This document shows positions 13,349 to 26,327 of a DNA stretch of 64,000 nt, in pieces. The stretch lies in NCBI RefSeq assembly GCF_009914755.1, contig NC_060934.1; one strand, given 5' to 3'. This DNA comes from the human T2T-CHM13v2.0 reference genome, Homo sapiens. A program made the translations under genes and the position numbers. Position 1 is the stretch's first letter. Every line of letters starts with the position of its first letter. A model generated the notes under the pieces. That model was not told where the DNA came from, ran no database searches, and saw only the letters and a program-made list of their open reading frames with translations.

Positions 13349-13531
13349 GCCCTGAGCTGTGGTAACACCCACCTTCCTGCTGCTCAGAAAACACATGAAA
13401 GCTTCCTCTCTGCATGCAGCCCTGTCCTGCTCACCGGGAGCTCCAGGCCTGGCCCTGGTAGCCAACATCCAAGGTCCACTCACTCAGAAACTACATTCAG
13501 CTGCCCTCTGGGGGGAGCAAGACGATCACAA

Positions 13532-13828
13532 TGTGTGCGTGCATGTGTGTGAGTGCAGGTGAGTGTGTGTGTACATGCATGGGAGCGTGTGCATGTGTGT
13601 GCATGTGTGCGCACATGTGCGCACGTGGGTGAGTGCAGGTGACTGCATGTGTGCATCTGAGTGTATGTGTGCATACGTGTGTGCATGTGTGCATGAGTGT
13701 GCATGTGAATGTGTGTGCACATGCATGTGTGTGTATGTGTGCACATGCGTGCATGTGTGTGCCTGTGTGTGCATGCATGTGTGCATCTGTGTGTGCATGT
13801 GTGAGTGTATACAGCGGGTGTGCATGTG
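13532..13828. repeat. (TG)n/(TGCA)-type alternating purine-pyrimidine tract
   Basis: gtgtgcatgtgtgtgcat degenerate microsatellite. Confidence 0.92.
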
Positions 13829-16800
13829 ACTCCTCTCCTCCCCAAGACAGAAAGTCGCCACAGGCTCCACATGAAAGCGCCTCGCTGCTCCCCACCCGAG
13901 GACGGCCCCAAGGGACTTGGCGCCTGGCAGGTGTTCGCTTCCTGGAGCAATCGTACATGCCAGGACATTCTAGATTACTCTGCAGGGATGTGTTAAGCTT
14001 CAAAAGTAAAAGGAAGACAAAGCCGCAGGACACAGTGGGGCATTCGCTGTTCTTTTAAGCAGGAGTCTCCTGAAAGATTCCCGCCAGGCAGTCACAGTCG
14101 CCCATGCGTGGTCTCCAGCCTTGGTGCTCAGCCCAGCCACCCGGGTTCTGCCCTCCTGACTTCCTGGAGCTGTCTCCTGCAAGTCCAGCCTGCTTGGGCG
14201 TTATCTTGAGGAGTGAAATTCAAACTCTGATGACAGCCGCCTGGGGGCCAGCTGGGGCTGCTCAGGTGGTTCTCACAGCAAGTCCCTTCCATGACCTGCT
14301 CCACCGCCAAAGGCTCTTGGACCTCGGAACGGGGCATCTGCTCTCCCCCGCCCGTAGCATAGCCCCCATGCTGGTGGTCCTGGGCCCCCGAACGAGGAAA
14401 ACAGCTCCTTCACCTGATTCTAACTCCATGCCTGGCACTCTCAGCAGCATGAGGCCTCTTCAGAACCGGCGGAGCACTTAATTGAATCTGCTCCCAAACT
14501 GCCAGCTAAATGTGCACTAATTAAAGTTGCCATTGAAGTGAAGACGCAATTCCATGCGTCGAGGTCCCTGCCACTGTGGCCTATAAGGTGCATCCCAATC
14601 AGGGACTCGGAGGCTCCTCCTGCACCTCCCGCCCTGTCCCATCTCCCAGCTGAGTCGCTGGACTCTTCAAAGCTCTATTCATGTCAGAGATAAATTAGCT
14701 CTTTTTTTTTTTTTTTTTGGTTTTGCTTTTTTCATGGGAGGAGAGCATCTTCAAATGAAAACTGCTTTAGCAAATTAAGTTCAAATCAAGGAATGAAGCT
14801 TGAAATTAATTTTTAAAAAAGCCTTCCATGCATTATTGTTCAGTGCCCAGGCTAACGGAATGCAGGGGGTACTGCACGAGGCTGATTTGGGGCTGGCTCA
14901 GGAATCGGTCACCAGGAAGGGGGCAGCTCCAGCAAACTGGAGCTTCTGTTGTTCCCTGGAGAAGAAGTCTGGAGAGCTCGGCTCGCCTCAGAGACCAGTG
15001 GCTGGGAAAGCCCCAAAGCGAGGGTTTGGTTGGATCAAGGAGTCACAGATTTGAGAACGATGCAACTATTTCCGTGTCACAAGCACAGAGATGGTTTTCT
15101 CCTTCAGAGCTCGATCCCAAAGGATTTGACCAGGGCGTCCTGGGCAGAGTTGGGCAGTTCTTGGGGAGCAGCTGTCACCACCCAAGAGTCTCAGTGTCCC
15201 CCCGACGTGTCCTCCCAGGCGTCCCCCCAGGCATCCTTTCCAGGTGCCCCCGCAGGTGTCCCCTCCAGTCACACCTTTCCGGAAGCCTCCCCATGCAGGA
15301 GCACAGGGAAGCACGATCCGCTGAGGCCTGTGTGCATCGCTCCGTCTCTGTCAGTTCTGAATTTTGATTATTTTCTACTCAGGGCCTCAGAAGCCACCTT
15401 GTGATGCTGCCTTCCTGCAGCTGGCTCTGGCCAGCCCCCACCTCGGCTCTGACGTGGTCCACGCCTGGAGTCCTTCGGGATAGAGCCTGCCCAGTGCACA
15501 CCCGGCCCTCGGGCCCCCACTGCCCACTGTCAGGACCGGGGTATGGACGCCTGGCCACAGCTCCAGGACTGCAGGGCCCAGCATCCCCCACCCCCGGCCC
15601 GTGCGAGGCTCTCAGATTCTGACGCGTGACCAGCATGTGGCCTCCTGCACCCGAAGTAACGTCCTCTCCCTGCAGAGGCCGACCGCGCACTTCAGCCGCC
15701 CCCCTCCAGTGTCACCGGCCAACGGTGCCGGCAGCACGGCTCCTGCCTGCGCGTAGCCCCGTCAGCTACGTCTCAGGCTTCTCAGGTGCGGCTGTGCGAG
15801 CAGCGGCCTCTGCACGCACCGTGGCTCTCCGCCTGTCAGTGCAGAACCAACTCTAGAGACTGTGATGCTGATGTTGATATTTATCGACGGGGCCATCTGT
15901 CAGTGACATCACGCCACCCGCAGCAGCGACATCTTCCCGGTGTGGCCTCTGTCGCTCAGTGAGGCCTTTTGCCCACAGTTCGGAAGCGTCAGCTCCAGCT
16001 GCTAGATGCATTTGAACCCCCAGCAGGGAGCACAGACCCGGGGGCCTGTTCCTGCCTTGTCCCTCCCTGGCCTGCTCAAGGCCACCCTGCACCCAGCCAC
16101 TGGCTCTGTTCAGTTGTTTCTAACATCGGGCAAATGATTAAGAGGCCACTCACGTGTGGACAGGAGAGAGGAAGGAGCTCACCAGGGCCAGAGCGGGAAC
16201 TTTCTTCTCTAAGTTCCGAATGTCGACTGCACACCAGGAAGCCTGAGCTGAGACGGTTCCTGATTCAGCTCAGAGGCAGCAGGGACTCTGCTCCTGCCCC
16301 GTGACCCGGGCTCAGAGTACAGGCATCTGAAGTGCTCTTGGCAGCTGCTGGGAACCCCACCCTGCACCGCACGACCTGTGCCCCCCATAGAGGTGCTGCT
16401 GGTGCAGAGCTGGCAGCAGAGAGGCCCCGGCCTCCACAGGGGCCCAGGCTCCGGATTGCAGGTCCCACCTGCAGGTGCAGCTCTGTGGCCCGGAGGGTGG
16501 AGGCAGCAGGAGGAAGCTGTGGGACACGTGGGCTTGGACCTCACCCCTGCCGACCCCACCAGGGACACAGAGCCTCCCTGTGTCCTGAAAATGCAAAAGC
16601 TCTGCCGTTCACATTCCCGTCTTCACAGCAGCTTAAATACTCCTGAACATGTCTACTTGTCCTTTCTCATCATCCATTGATGTGGTGGTTTCCTCCAGTT
16701 CTGACAGACAAGAAACAGGCCCTTCCCCAGCTGCTTTCCCAGAACAGCAGGCAGAGGAGGGGAGGACACCGCTGCCCACCTCCCTCAGCCGGATGCTCCT

Positions 16801-18714
16801 GGGCGCAGGGCATGGGGTGAGAGAGGACAGGACCCCCGGTGTCAAATGTGTGAGCAGAGAGGGGACAGCGGGGTCCAGAGGAGCAAGGGGCATCCACAGA
16901 GAGGGGGTCACACAGGAAGAAGACGGGGCCATGCCTGCAACAGACACCCCACTCCGGAGCTTGCTCCACAGACTCTAGACTTTCCATAGCTCCGCAGCCC
17001 TGACCCCACACCCCACCCGGGACCCCCACCCCACCCACGCAGGGAGCAGCAGCCATGGAGCCAAGCCCCCAGGCCCCCATCACCACGCGCTGAAGCCCGT
17101 CTCCTGTAACCCGGGGGCTGGACTCACACGGGACTGCAGCAGGAAAGAGGAGCATTCTCTCTCCTGTCTCCCCAGTTCTACCCAGAGTGAGAACCTCCGT
17201 GTCCACCTCCCAAAGCAGATCCAGAGTCTGTTGGTTTCCTCTGCGCCAGGAATGCCAGTGTCCAGCCTCTTCCCGGGAGGCGTGGAGCAGATGCTCATTC
17301 ACACGGCTCTGCTGTGCAAACGCAGGTGGTTGTGAAGTTACCGGCTCTGCCCGCCGCCCGTCAGCCCCGTTCATCCTTCTGAATCAATAGGCAAACCAGC
17401 TAGCCCAGGGACTGACTGGGCCTTCATTCACCCCTGAGCTCCCTGGGGGCCGAGGGGAAGGGAGAAGCCAGCGTGTTAACCTCAATGTACCCTGGAGAGA
17501 CTTGTTCACGTCCTTCTTCCCTTGACTGATGGTGAGGGTCATGTTGGCCACAGCCACGGAACGGCCCAGCTCCTCCAACACGGCGGACAGTGCCTGGCAC
17601 AAAGGCCCTTCTGAGGCACCTCAGGCCGGCCCAGCCTGGCAGGGACCTTGCCCCACAGCAGGGGTGGGGGCCCTGCTGCAGGTTTCTCCTTGAGTCTCTG
17701 CCTCCACCGCCTTGCGGACCTACCAGCAGCACTGGTTCCAGGGTCTGGCCTGGACTCTCTTCTCCAGCTCTGGGTTCCTCTCCTGAGAGTCCTCTCGGTA
17801 TAGGCTCTGCAAGCCCCAGAGGGGCCATGTGCGGTTTGGAGGGCCCTCAGCAGACCAGGAAGCGAGGACCCCACCATGGGCCCGCCTCCCGAGGCTGCAC
17901 CTCCCAGCTCAGTGCCTGTTGGCGCTGGGAGAGGCCTGGCCCCATCCACGATCTCCCCAAGCCAGCAGGGCCAGGGAGGGTGGCTGAGCCCCAGCTCCAG
18001 GAAACCGGCCCTGGGTGGACAGGTGGTCCCAAAGGCCGGCCATGCTGCAGAGGCTTAGCCACCCTCCCTGGCCCTTCCTGGAGACCCATTCAGCCCAGCT
18101 TCCGGGGCCGTGATGGCTCGGAGAGATCGTGGATGGGGCAGGGCTCCTCCCAGCACCAGCGGGCACAGCCTCAGGGCATGGGCGAGGCAGTCAGCGCTCC
18201 CGAGCAGCTCTCAGGGCCTCTGTCCACAGAGCTGCCCACCCCCACCACATGAAATGAGGGAGTTCCCATCCGTGCAAAGGGCCCTAAGCCCCCACCTCCA
18301 CACCAGCAGGCAGCTGTGAGCCTCAGGTGGACAGGAAGAGGGGCTGGCACTCCCAGTTCAATCTGGTCTAAGTCCCCAGAGAACAAAAACTTGATGGACA
18401 GATCGACCAGGACACGATGCGCTTGCTGTGGGGCCAGGGCTGTTGGCCTGACCGAGGGCCTGGCCTCCGAGGCAGGGAGGGCGGTGGCTCTGGGTGGGGG
18501 AGGTCCCCACTGACAGCTGCTCCGCAGGACAGGCGGGGCCGGGCTGCAGGTTCCCTCCCCAGCCTGGAGCCGGCTGCTGGGCTGGGACTTTCTGCCACCC
18601 AATGCTTTCTGATGAGGAGGAGGGCAGGGGGCAGATGCTTGGAGCTGGAAAGGCAGCAGCCTTGCCAGGTTGCAGGCCGCCCCCATATGCTTTTATCAGG
18701 CTGGACGGCAATTC

Positions 18715-18990
18715 AGCTGGGGTCCCAGTGCTGGTGTCTAAATTCCTGCACTGATATGGGGTCCCGGGCACTGGTGTCTGAATCCCCGCACTGATTTGGG
18801 GGTCCCAGGCGCTGGTGTCAGGATTCCTGTCCTGATGTGGGGTCCCAGGCTCTGGTGTCAGGATTCCTGTCCTGATGTGGGGGTCCCAGGCACTGGTGTC
18901 TGAATCTCCACACTGATGTGGGGTCCCGGGGGCTGGTGTCAGGATTCCTGTCCTGATGTGCTGTCCTGGGCACTGGCATCTGGATCCCCA
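18715..18990. repeat. ~41-bp minisatellite, ~7 copies
   Basis: Unit tgatgtggggtcccaggc(a/t/g)ctggtgtcaggattcctgtcc. Confidence 0.88.
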
Positions 18991-19009
18991 CACTGCCTCT
19001 GGGACCAGA

Positions 19010-19065
19010 CTCAGCAGCTCCATGGCTCCGTTCTACAGGCTCAGCAGCTCCATGGCTCCGTTCTA
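19010..19065. repeat. 30-bp direct duplication
   Basis: ctcagcagctccatggctccgttcta occurs twice. Confidence 0.85.
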
Positions 19066-19558
19066 GGGAACAGAACACCAAGCCCCTTCCACACTCGTTT
19101 GTCCTCTCCAGACTCACAGCAGTGGCCCCGCATCAACACTGACCACGGAAGTCCAGCAGGCCTGGAAACAGGGATGGGTGGGGATGCGGGTCCTGCTGGG
19201 AGGTTGGCCGCCTCGCTGTGCCGACTCCAGCACCGAGGTCAGAGTAAGTTATCTCCTCATTCAAATGCAGATTTCACGTGGAACCAAATCATGTTCCTCT
19301 TAAGAAATTGCCAGCCTAACAGTGCGTGCTAAATTAGAGCAAGATTATTCCAGGTTATTTGAAATCACTTTCTCCATCACGGTTTTCAGAGGAAAAGAGG
19401 AAAGCTGACGAGAGCCCTGCCCAGCCCTGAAGTGTGTTCCCGTGTGGCAGGACCTGCAACTAAAATCTAACCGCTGGACTTCCCAGGACGGAGCACTGAC
19501 TCCCCCAGGCTACAGACAGAGGCCCAGCAGCTCCCTGAGGAGGCCTCCTTGTTGGAGG

Positions 19559-19702
19559 CCCAACCAGGACACACACTGTATTCATCCATTTCACACCGAG
19601 ACCACCCTACCCGCCCCCAGGACACACGCTGTGTTCATCTGTTCTCACACCGAGACCGCCCTGCCCCAACCAGGACACACTCTGTATTCGTCCATTCTCA
19701 CA
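19559..19702. repeat. 53-bp tandem triplication overlapping an LTR end
   Basis: caggacacac..tgt(a/g)ttc.tc..ttctcacac, with tgt at 19577, 19630 and 19683. Confidence 0.85.
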
Positions 19703-20044
19703 CTGCTATAAGAAATACCTAAGACTGGGTGATTTATAAAGGAAAGAGGTTTAATTGACTCACAGTTCTGCAGGGCTGGGGAGGCCTCAGGAAATTCACA
19801 GTCATGGCAGTAGGTGCCTCTTCACAGGGTGGCAGGAGACAAAACGAGAACCAGCCGGCGAAATGCCAGACGCTTATAAAACCATCAGCTCTCATGAGAC
19901 TCACTCACCATGGTGAGAACAGCATGGGGGAGACCATCCCCACGATTCAATGACCTCCACCTGGGTTCTCCCTTGACACGTGTGGATTATTATAATACAA
20001 TTCCAGGTAAGGTTTGGGTGGGGACACAGAGCCAAACCATATCA
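19683..20044 (-). mobile_element. MSTA/THE1-type MaLR solo LTR, full length
   Basis: tgtattcgtccattctcacactgctataagaaatacc...gaggtttaattgactcacagttc...gggtggggacacagagccaaaccatatca; 5-bp TSD cac(t/g)c. Confidence 0.92.
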
Positions 20045-20914
20045 CACGCTCTGCCCCCAACCTGCTGCCTGAGAGCCCCGGTTGCTGGAGCGGGCGGGCC
20101 CAGCCGCTGGTGCTGTGTCTTGGGGGTGTCAGACGGGAGCTGGGGTTCTCTCCCGGCCAGCCTGGGGCTGTGCATTTACACATCAGGCTCCCGGTGGGCA
20201 AGGCAGCTCACGGGGGTGCCACATCGCAGAGAACCTGTGTGATATTCACACTGCTCCCCCGGGAGCGTCCGAGGCCAGTGTCCTGGGCCTGCCATTCTAG
20301 CTGCCTTAGGGGCCTCACCAGCACCCAGCTCCTCCCCACTCAGGTGGGAAGCCCCCAGCAGCGTGGGGCCCTTTCCTCTCCTGAGATGTGGTGGGCAGAG
20401 CCAGACGCGCCCTCAGCCCTCAGGCTGGAGGGTCTGGTTTCTGCCTCTGCTTTGAACCCCAGCCCAGCACCTAACGAGCCAGATCAAGAGCCTGCCTAGA
20501 GCCACCAGGGGCCCATTTGCAGCACACATTCTAGGCCTCACCCCAGCCTTGCAGAAGCAGCGGCCAAGGAAGGGCCCCAGGAATCTGCATGGCTGACAGC
20601 CCCTCCCACCTTCAGAGACCCCCAAGAAACTTGAGGTGTTACCCTGCCTTGAGGTCACCTGGCTGCCCCCTTCTAACTGTTTGAAGCATGTTGTGTCAGA
20701 GAGGAGACAGGTGTCACCCTGGGCCGTGGTCCCAGCTCGTCATGACCCCGTGACCCCACACAGGACCCAGCCATGACCTCATGACCTGTGAGCAGACCTG
20801 GGCCCAGCCATGAACCCCAGGGCCTTGCACAGGCAGATGAATCAGGGAAGGCAGCTCATGCTTGGGACCTGACTCGAGCATCCAGCCTTGGGGTTATTTG
20901 CCCCAGCACAGGGG

Positions 20915-22670
20915 AGCAGATGGGCTCTCAGATGGGTGGATGGGGTCTCAGGTGGGCAGATGGGGTCACAAATAAACAGATGAGATCATGGATGAACTAA
21001 TGAGATCTCAGATGGGCAGATGGTGTCTAAGATGAGCAAATGGGGTCAGAGATGAGCTGATAGGATGTGCAGATGTGCAGATGGGGTCATGGATGAGCTG
21101 ATGAGATCTCAGATGGGCAGATGGGATCTCAGATGAACAGATAGGGTCACAGATGAACTGAAGGGATCTCAGATGAACAGATAGAGTCACGGATGAGCTG
21201 ATGGGATCTCAGATGAAAAGATAGAGTCACGGATGAGCTGATGGGATCTCAGATGGGCAGATGGGGTCACAGACGAGCAGATGGGATCTCCGATGAACAG
21301 ATGGGGACATGGATGAGCTGATGGGATCTCAGACGGGCAGATGGGGACATGGATGAGCTGATGCGATCTCAGACGGGCAGATGGGGACATGGATGAGCTG
21401 ATGGGATCTCAGACGGGCAGATGGGGACACGGATGAGCTGATGGGATCTCAGATGAACAGATGGGGACACGGATGAGCTGATGGAATCTCAAATGGGCAG
21501 ATGGGGACACGGATGAGCTGGTAGGATCTCAGATGAACAGATGGGGACACGGATGAGCTGATGGGATCTCAGATTAACAGATGGGGACACGGATGAGCTG
21601 ATGGGATCTCAGATTAACAGATGGGGACACGGATGAGCTGATGGGATCTCAGATGAACAGATGGGGACATGGATGAACTGATGGGATCTCAGACGGGCAG
21701 ATGGGGACATGGATGAGCTGATGGGATCTCAGACGGGCAGATGGGGACACGGATGAGCTGATGAGATCTCAGACGGGCAGATGGGCACATGGATGAGCTG
21801 ATGGGATCTCAGATGAACAGATGGGGACACGGATGAGCTGATGGGATCTTAGATGGGCAGATGGGGACACAGATGAGCTGATGAGATCACAGATGAACTG
21901 ATGAGATCTCAGATGAGTTGATGGGATCTCAGATGAACAGATGGGGTCACAGATGAGCTGATGAGATCACAGATGAACTGATGAGATCTCAGATGAGTTG
22001 ATGGGATCTCAGATGAACAGATGGGGTCACAGATGAGCTGATGGGATCTCAGTGGTCAGTCTCAGATGAACAGATGGAGTGGGATGGACATATGAGTTCT
22101 CAGACAGATGGGGTCTCAGATGAACAGACAAGTGTCAAGTGGGCCGACTGGGTCAATGATGGGCAGATGGGATCACGGGTGAACAGTGGGCTCTCGCGTA
22201 GGTATATGGGGTTATGAATGAGCAGCTGGGGTTTTAACTGGACAGATGGGGTCACAGATGACAAATAGGGTCTCAGATGAACAGATGGTATCTCAGATAA
22301 ACAGATGAAGTCATAGATGACAGATCAGGGGGTCACATGGGCAGATGGGTTCTTGGACAGACAGATAGGGTCTCAAATGGACAGATGGCGTCTCAGATGA
22401 ACAGACAGGATCTCAGGTGGACAGAGAGGACCAGGAATGGGCACTGAGGCTTCAGATGAGCAGATGGAGTCTTTGGTGCACAGATGTGGTCACTCATGGC
22501 TTAATGGGGTCTCAGGTAGGCAGATGGAATCTTGGAGGGACATGTGTGGTCATATATGAACAAATGAGTGAGATGATCGGATGGGTTTTCAGAAAGATGT
22601 GGTGTCAGATAGGGAGACAGCATCTTGAATAGACAGATGGGGTTTTGGATGGACAGATGGGGTCTCAGAT
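20915..22670. repeat. VNTR, 40-bp unit with a homogeneous core (~21190-21880) and degenerate flanks
   Basis: Unit ggatgagctgatgggatctcagatgaacagatggggacac. Confidence 0.95.
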
Positions 22671-22932
22671 GGAGCTTCCCACAGCCACACACCCCACGGT
22701 CACATTAATGACACAAGAGTCTGATTTATTCCAGATGCCGCAGAGAGGGCACGCTGAGCGTCTGTGAGGAGAAAGGTTTCTGCTGCTCACCTGGCTTCTA
22801 GCACCTGGACAAGTCCACAGAGAGGTTGACCTTGGTCCCATGTTCCCAGGCAACAGCCACACGGCTAAGCACTGGAATCCTTTTCAGACCTTCAGTCCTG
22901 ACCGCGTGTGCACAGCAGGTGTAGCTTCCTGA

Positions 22933-23389
<457 letters not shown>

Positions 23390-25619
23390 AGGGTCTCCCT
23401 GGTTTCTAAGTGCCCCCAGGACAGGCTGTGGTCTCCTGTGCTGGCATGTGGGGGACAGCATTTGCTCTGCATCTCTGTGTAATCCTCATAGAAACTGCTT
23501 TTTGTGCAGTGAGACCCCCTGGGAGAGGACCTGCCACTCCTGAATGACCTCACTGAGGAAACAAGAGGCCCCTGCAGGAATGTGGAGCTGAGAGCTGCCA
23601 CGATGTGGCTTCCTGAGGGCTGAGAGCACCGTCCAGCCTATGTAATTAAGCCAGGAGGCTAAAGGAGAGACAGAGAACCCAGGATGGCATCTTCCATGGC
23701 TGGGCAGGCTCAGCTGCTGTGGCCAAGGGACAGCAAGGCTGGCCCCATGCAGGCAGGTCCAGGCCCTCTCAGAGGGAGGGGAGTGGATGGGGTTCTGGAG
23801 AGTGGGGTGAGAGGGGTCTGGGAACAGTGGTGAGGAGAGGGTCTGCATCCAGCTTGGGAGGTGAGCTGGCCACACAGGACCTGTGGGTGCAGGTGCTGTT
23901 GGAGCTGAGAGGGGCTGTGGTCTCCACGTCGAGCCATGAGGAGGCTCTCTGGCCTCCCCCGCTGCGTGGGCCAAAGCCACACATGAGGCTCTTTGTTAGA
24001 TGTAAGGGTCCTGGGAGCTTCCGAAAGCAGAATGGACGTGGCCCCCAGGGCACAGGCCTGAGGCTGCAGGCTGCCCAGTGAGCTCTGGCCCCTCAGAGCC
24101 CCCCTGATAAGCACCGGCCGTCAGACCGGCAGACTCTCTCAGAGATGGCCTGGGCATGGCCTCACAGCTGGGGAGCCGGGGGACTGGGGGCCACAGGCCC
24201 AGGACCCAAGGTCATGAGAATGGCCCCCACAGAGAAGGCTATGTCATGGGGACCTACTGCCCGCACACTGGCCGTCCACAAGCTCATCGTCCACACCAGG
24301 CCCCAGCACCTGTGCTGGAGCCCAGGACACAGGAAAAGAGGATGGGAGAGAAGCCTGCAGGGGGTGGAGGGTGAGAACATCATCTGTCTCCATCTGTCTA
24401 GGACATCCTTGCAAAAGGTTTTCAGCTGAAAGGGCTAATTTAGAAGGAATAAAATAAATGATATCGACCTTGGTGAAAACCTTGTCCGAAATAATTTTCC
24501 ACTGCCTTTGCACGTCACTTGGAGACTTTGAGGCCCGAGATGAAGGGAGGGGCAGCTGTCCAGGCCACATGGCCAAGAAACCTCTGGCCAGCCAGGAATC
24601 CATCACCCAGCGGCCGCGGGTCCAAGGGGGCAGCCACGTGGCCACGGGTCACAGGCTCCCTTGCCGCTCTTTAGGAAAAGAGAAGATGGGAACAGAGCCG
24701 GGCCTCAGGGCGGGTGCCAGCCACGTTCTGTGCTTCTTCCTGCACGTGCCTGGGGGCAGGGGGCACATCAGACATGAAGGGGAGAGTGGGTCTGGATGCC
24801 CAGCCACAGGGGACCCGGGGGGCAGCCCTTCCGGGGTGGGGCAGGCTCAGGCCCGAGGAGAGGAGTGGCCGTCATGGATATCCAGACAGTGCCAGGCTCC
24901 GGGGACTCCAGGGCATTGCCACAGACTCCTGGGGCCTGTGTGAGCCCAGCCTGTGCGCCTGCACCGGTGGACAACCCATCAGCTCAGGGCCTCCCTCCCA
25001 GGAGGCTGGCTTCACCCGCAAGTGGTGATGCCCTGTGGCAGGTGCAGAGGCAGGTGAGGAGGGCGGGAGGAGGAACCCCAGCAGGATGAGGCAGCCCCAG
25101 ACCAACTGGAGGACAGCTTTGAAGGGCTGAGGTCAGCAGCGACCGGCGGGTGGAGGTGCAGTTCGGATGCAGGAGGGGCCGAGCATCAGGTGACCAGCAC
25201 AGGGGCCCCACGGCCCCTTCCAACCTGGAGCATTGAGCAGAGGAGGGAGCAGGTGATTTCACCCCAACCCATGCCCTTCACAGGGAGGAGGGCAGGGCAG
25301 GTGTGCACTTCCTGGAGAGGAGGGCAAGGCTGAGTGAGTGCAAATCCCCCTCCACCCCCCACAGGCTCCTCCCTGGCTCCCACCTGTGGGCTGTGCCTTG
25401 ATTTTGACTTTGTTTATCCAGGGCCTGGGAAGAGCGACTTTTAGTCCTATTCATCAGGAATCACCCAAGGCACTTTCTGAGAAATGGTGTATCAGGAGAT
25501 ACATTTTCTGTGTCCTTACAAGTCACACAGTCCTCGTTCTGCCACAAACTTAATGGATTGGTTCTCAGAACCTCATGCCCCTAGATAAGAAGCCAGGCTC
25601 TGGTGCCTGTGGCCCCAGG

Positions 25620-26327
25620 GCAGGTGAGAGTATGTGCAGGTGAAGGACCGGGCAGGTGAGGGGCCCCGCAGGTGAGGGACCGGGCAGGTGAGGGTATGTG
25701 CAGGTAAGGGACCTGGCAGGTGAGGGGCCCCGCAGGTGAGGGTATGTGCAGGTGAGGGACTGGGCAGGTGAGGGTATGTGCAGGTGAGGGACCGGGCAGG
25801 TGAGGATATGTGCAGGTGAGGGACCGGGCAGGTGAGGGTATGTGCAGGTGAGGGACCGGGCAGGTGAGGGTATGTGCAGGTGAGTGTATGTGCAGGTGAG
25901 GGACCGGGCAGGTGAGAGTATGTGCAGGTGAGGGGCCCCGCAGGTGAGGGTATGTGCAGGTGAGGGACCGGGCAGGTGAGGGTATGTGCAGGTGAGGGAC
26001 CGGGCAGGTGAGGGTATGTGCAGGTGAGGGACCAGGCAGGTGAGGGTATGTGCAGGTGAGGGACCGGGCAGGTGAGAGTATGTGCAGGTGAGGGACCGGG
26101 CAGGTGAGGGTATGTGCAGGTGAGGGACCGGGCAGGTGAGGGGCCCCGCAGGTGAGGGTATGTGCAGGTGAGGGACTGGGCAGGTGAGGGCCCTGCAGGT
26201 GAGAGTATGTGCAGGTGAGGGACCGGGCAGGTGAGGGTATGTGCAGGTGAGGGACTGGGCAGGTGAGGGCCCTGCAGGTGAGAGTATGTGCAGGTGAGGG
26301 ACCAGGCAGGTGAGGGGCCTGCAGGTG
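25620..26327. repeat. VNTR, ~16-bp units GCAGGTGAGGGTATGT / GCAGGTGAGGGACCGG, mostly alternating
   Basis: Directly visible; roughly 44 units by length. Confidence 0.96.
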
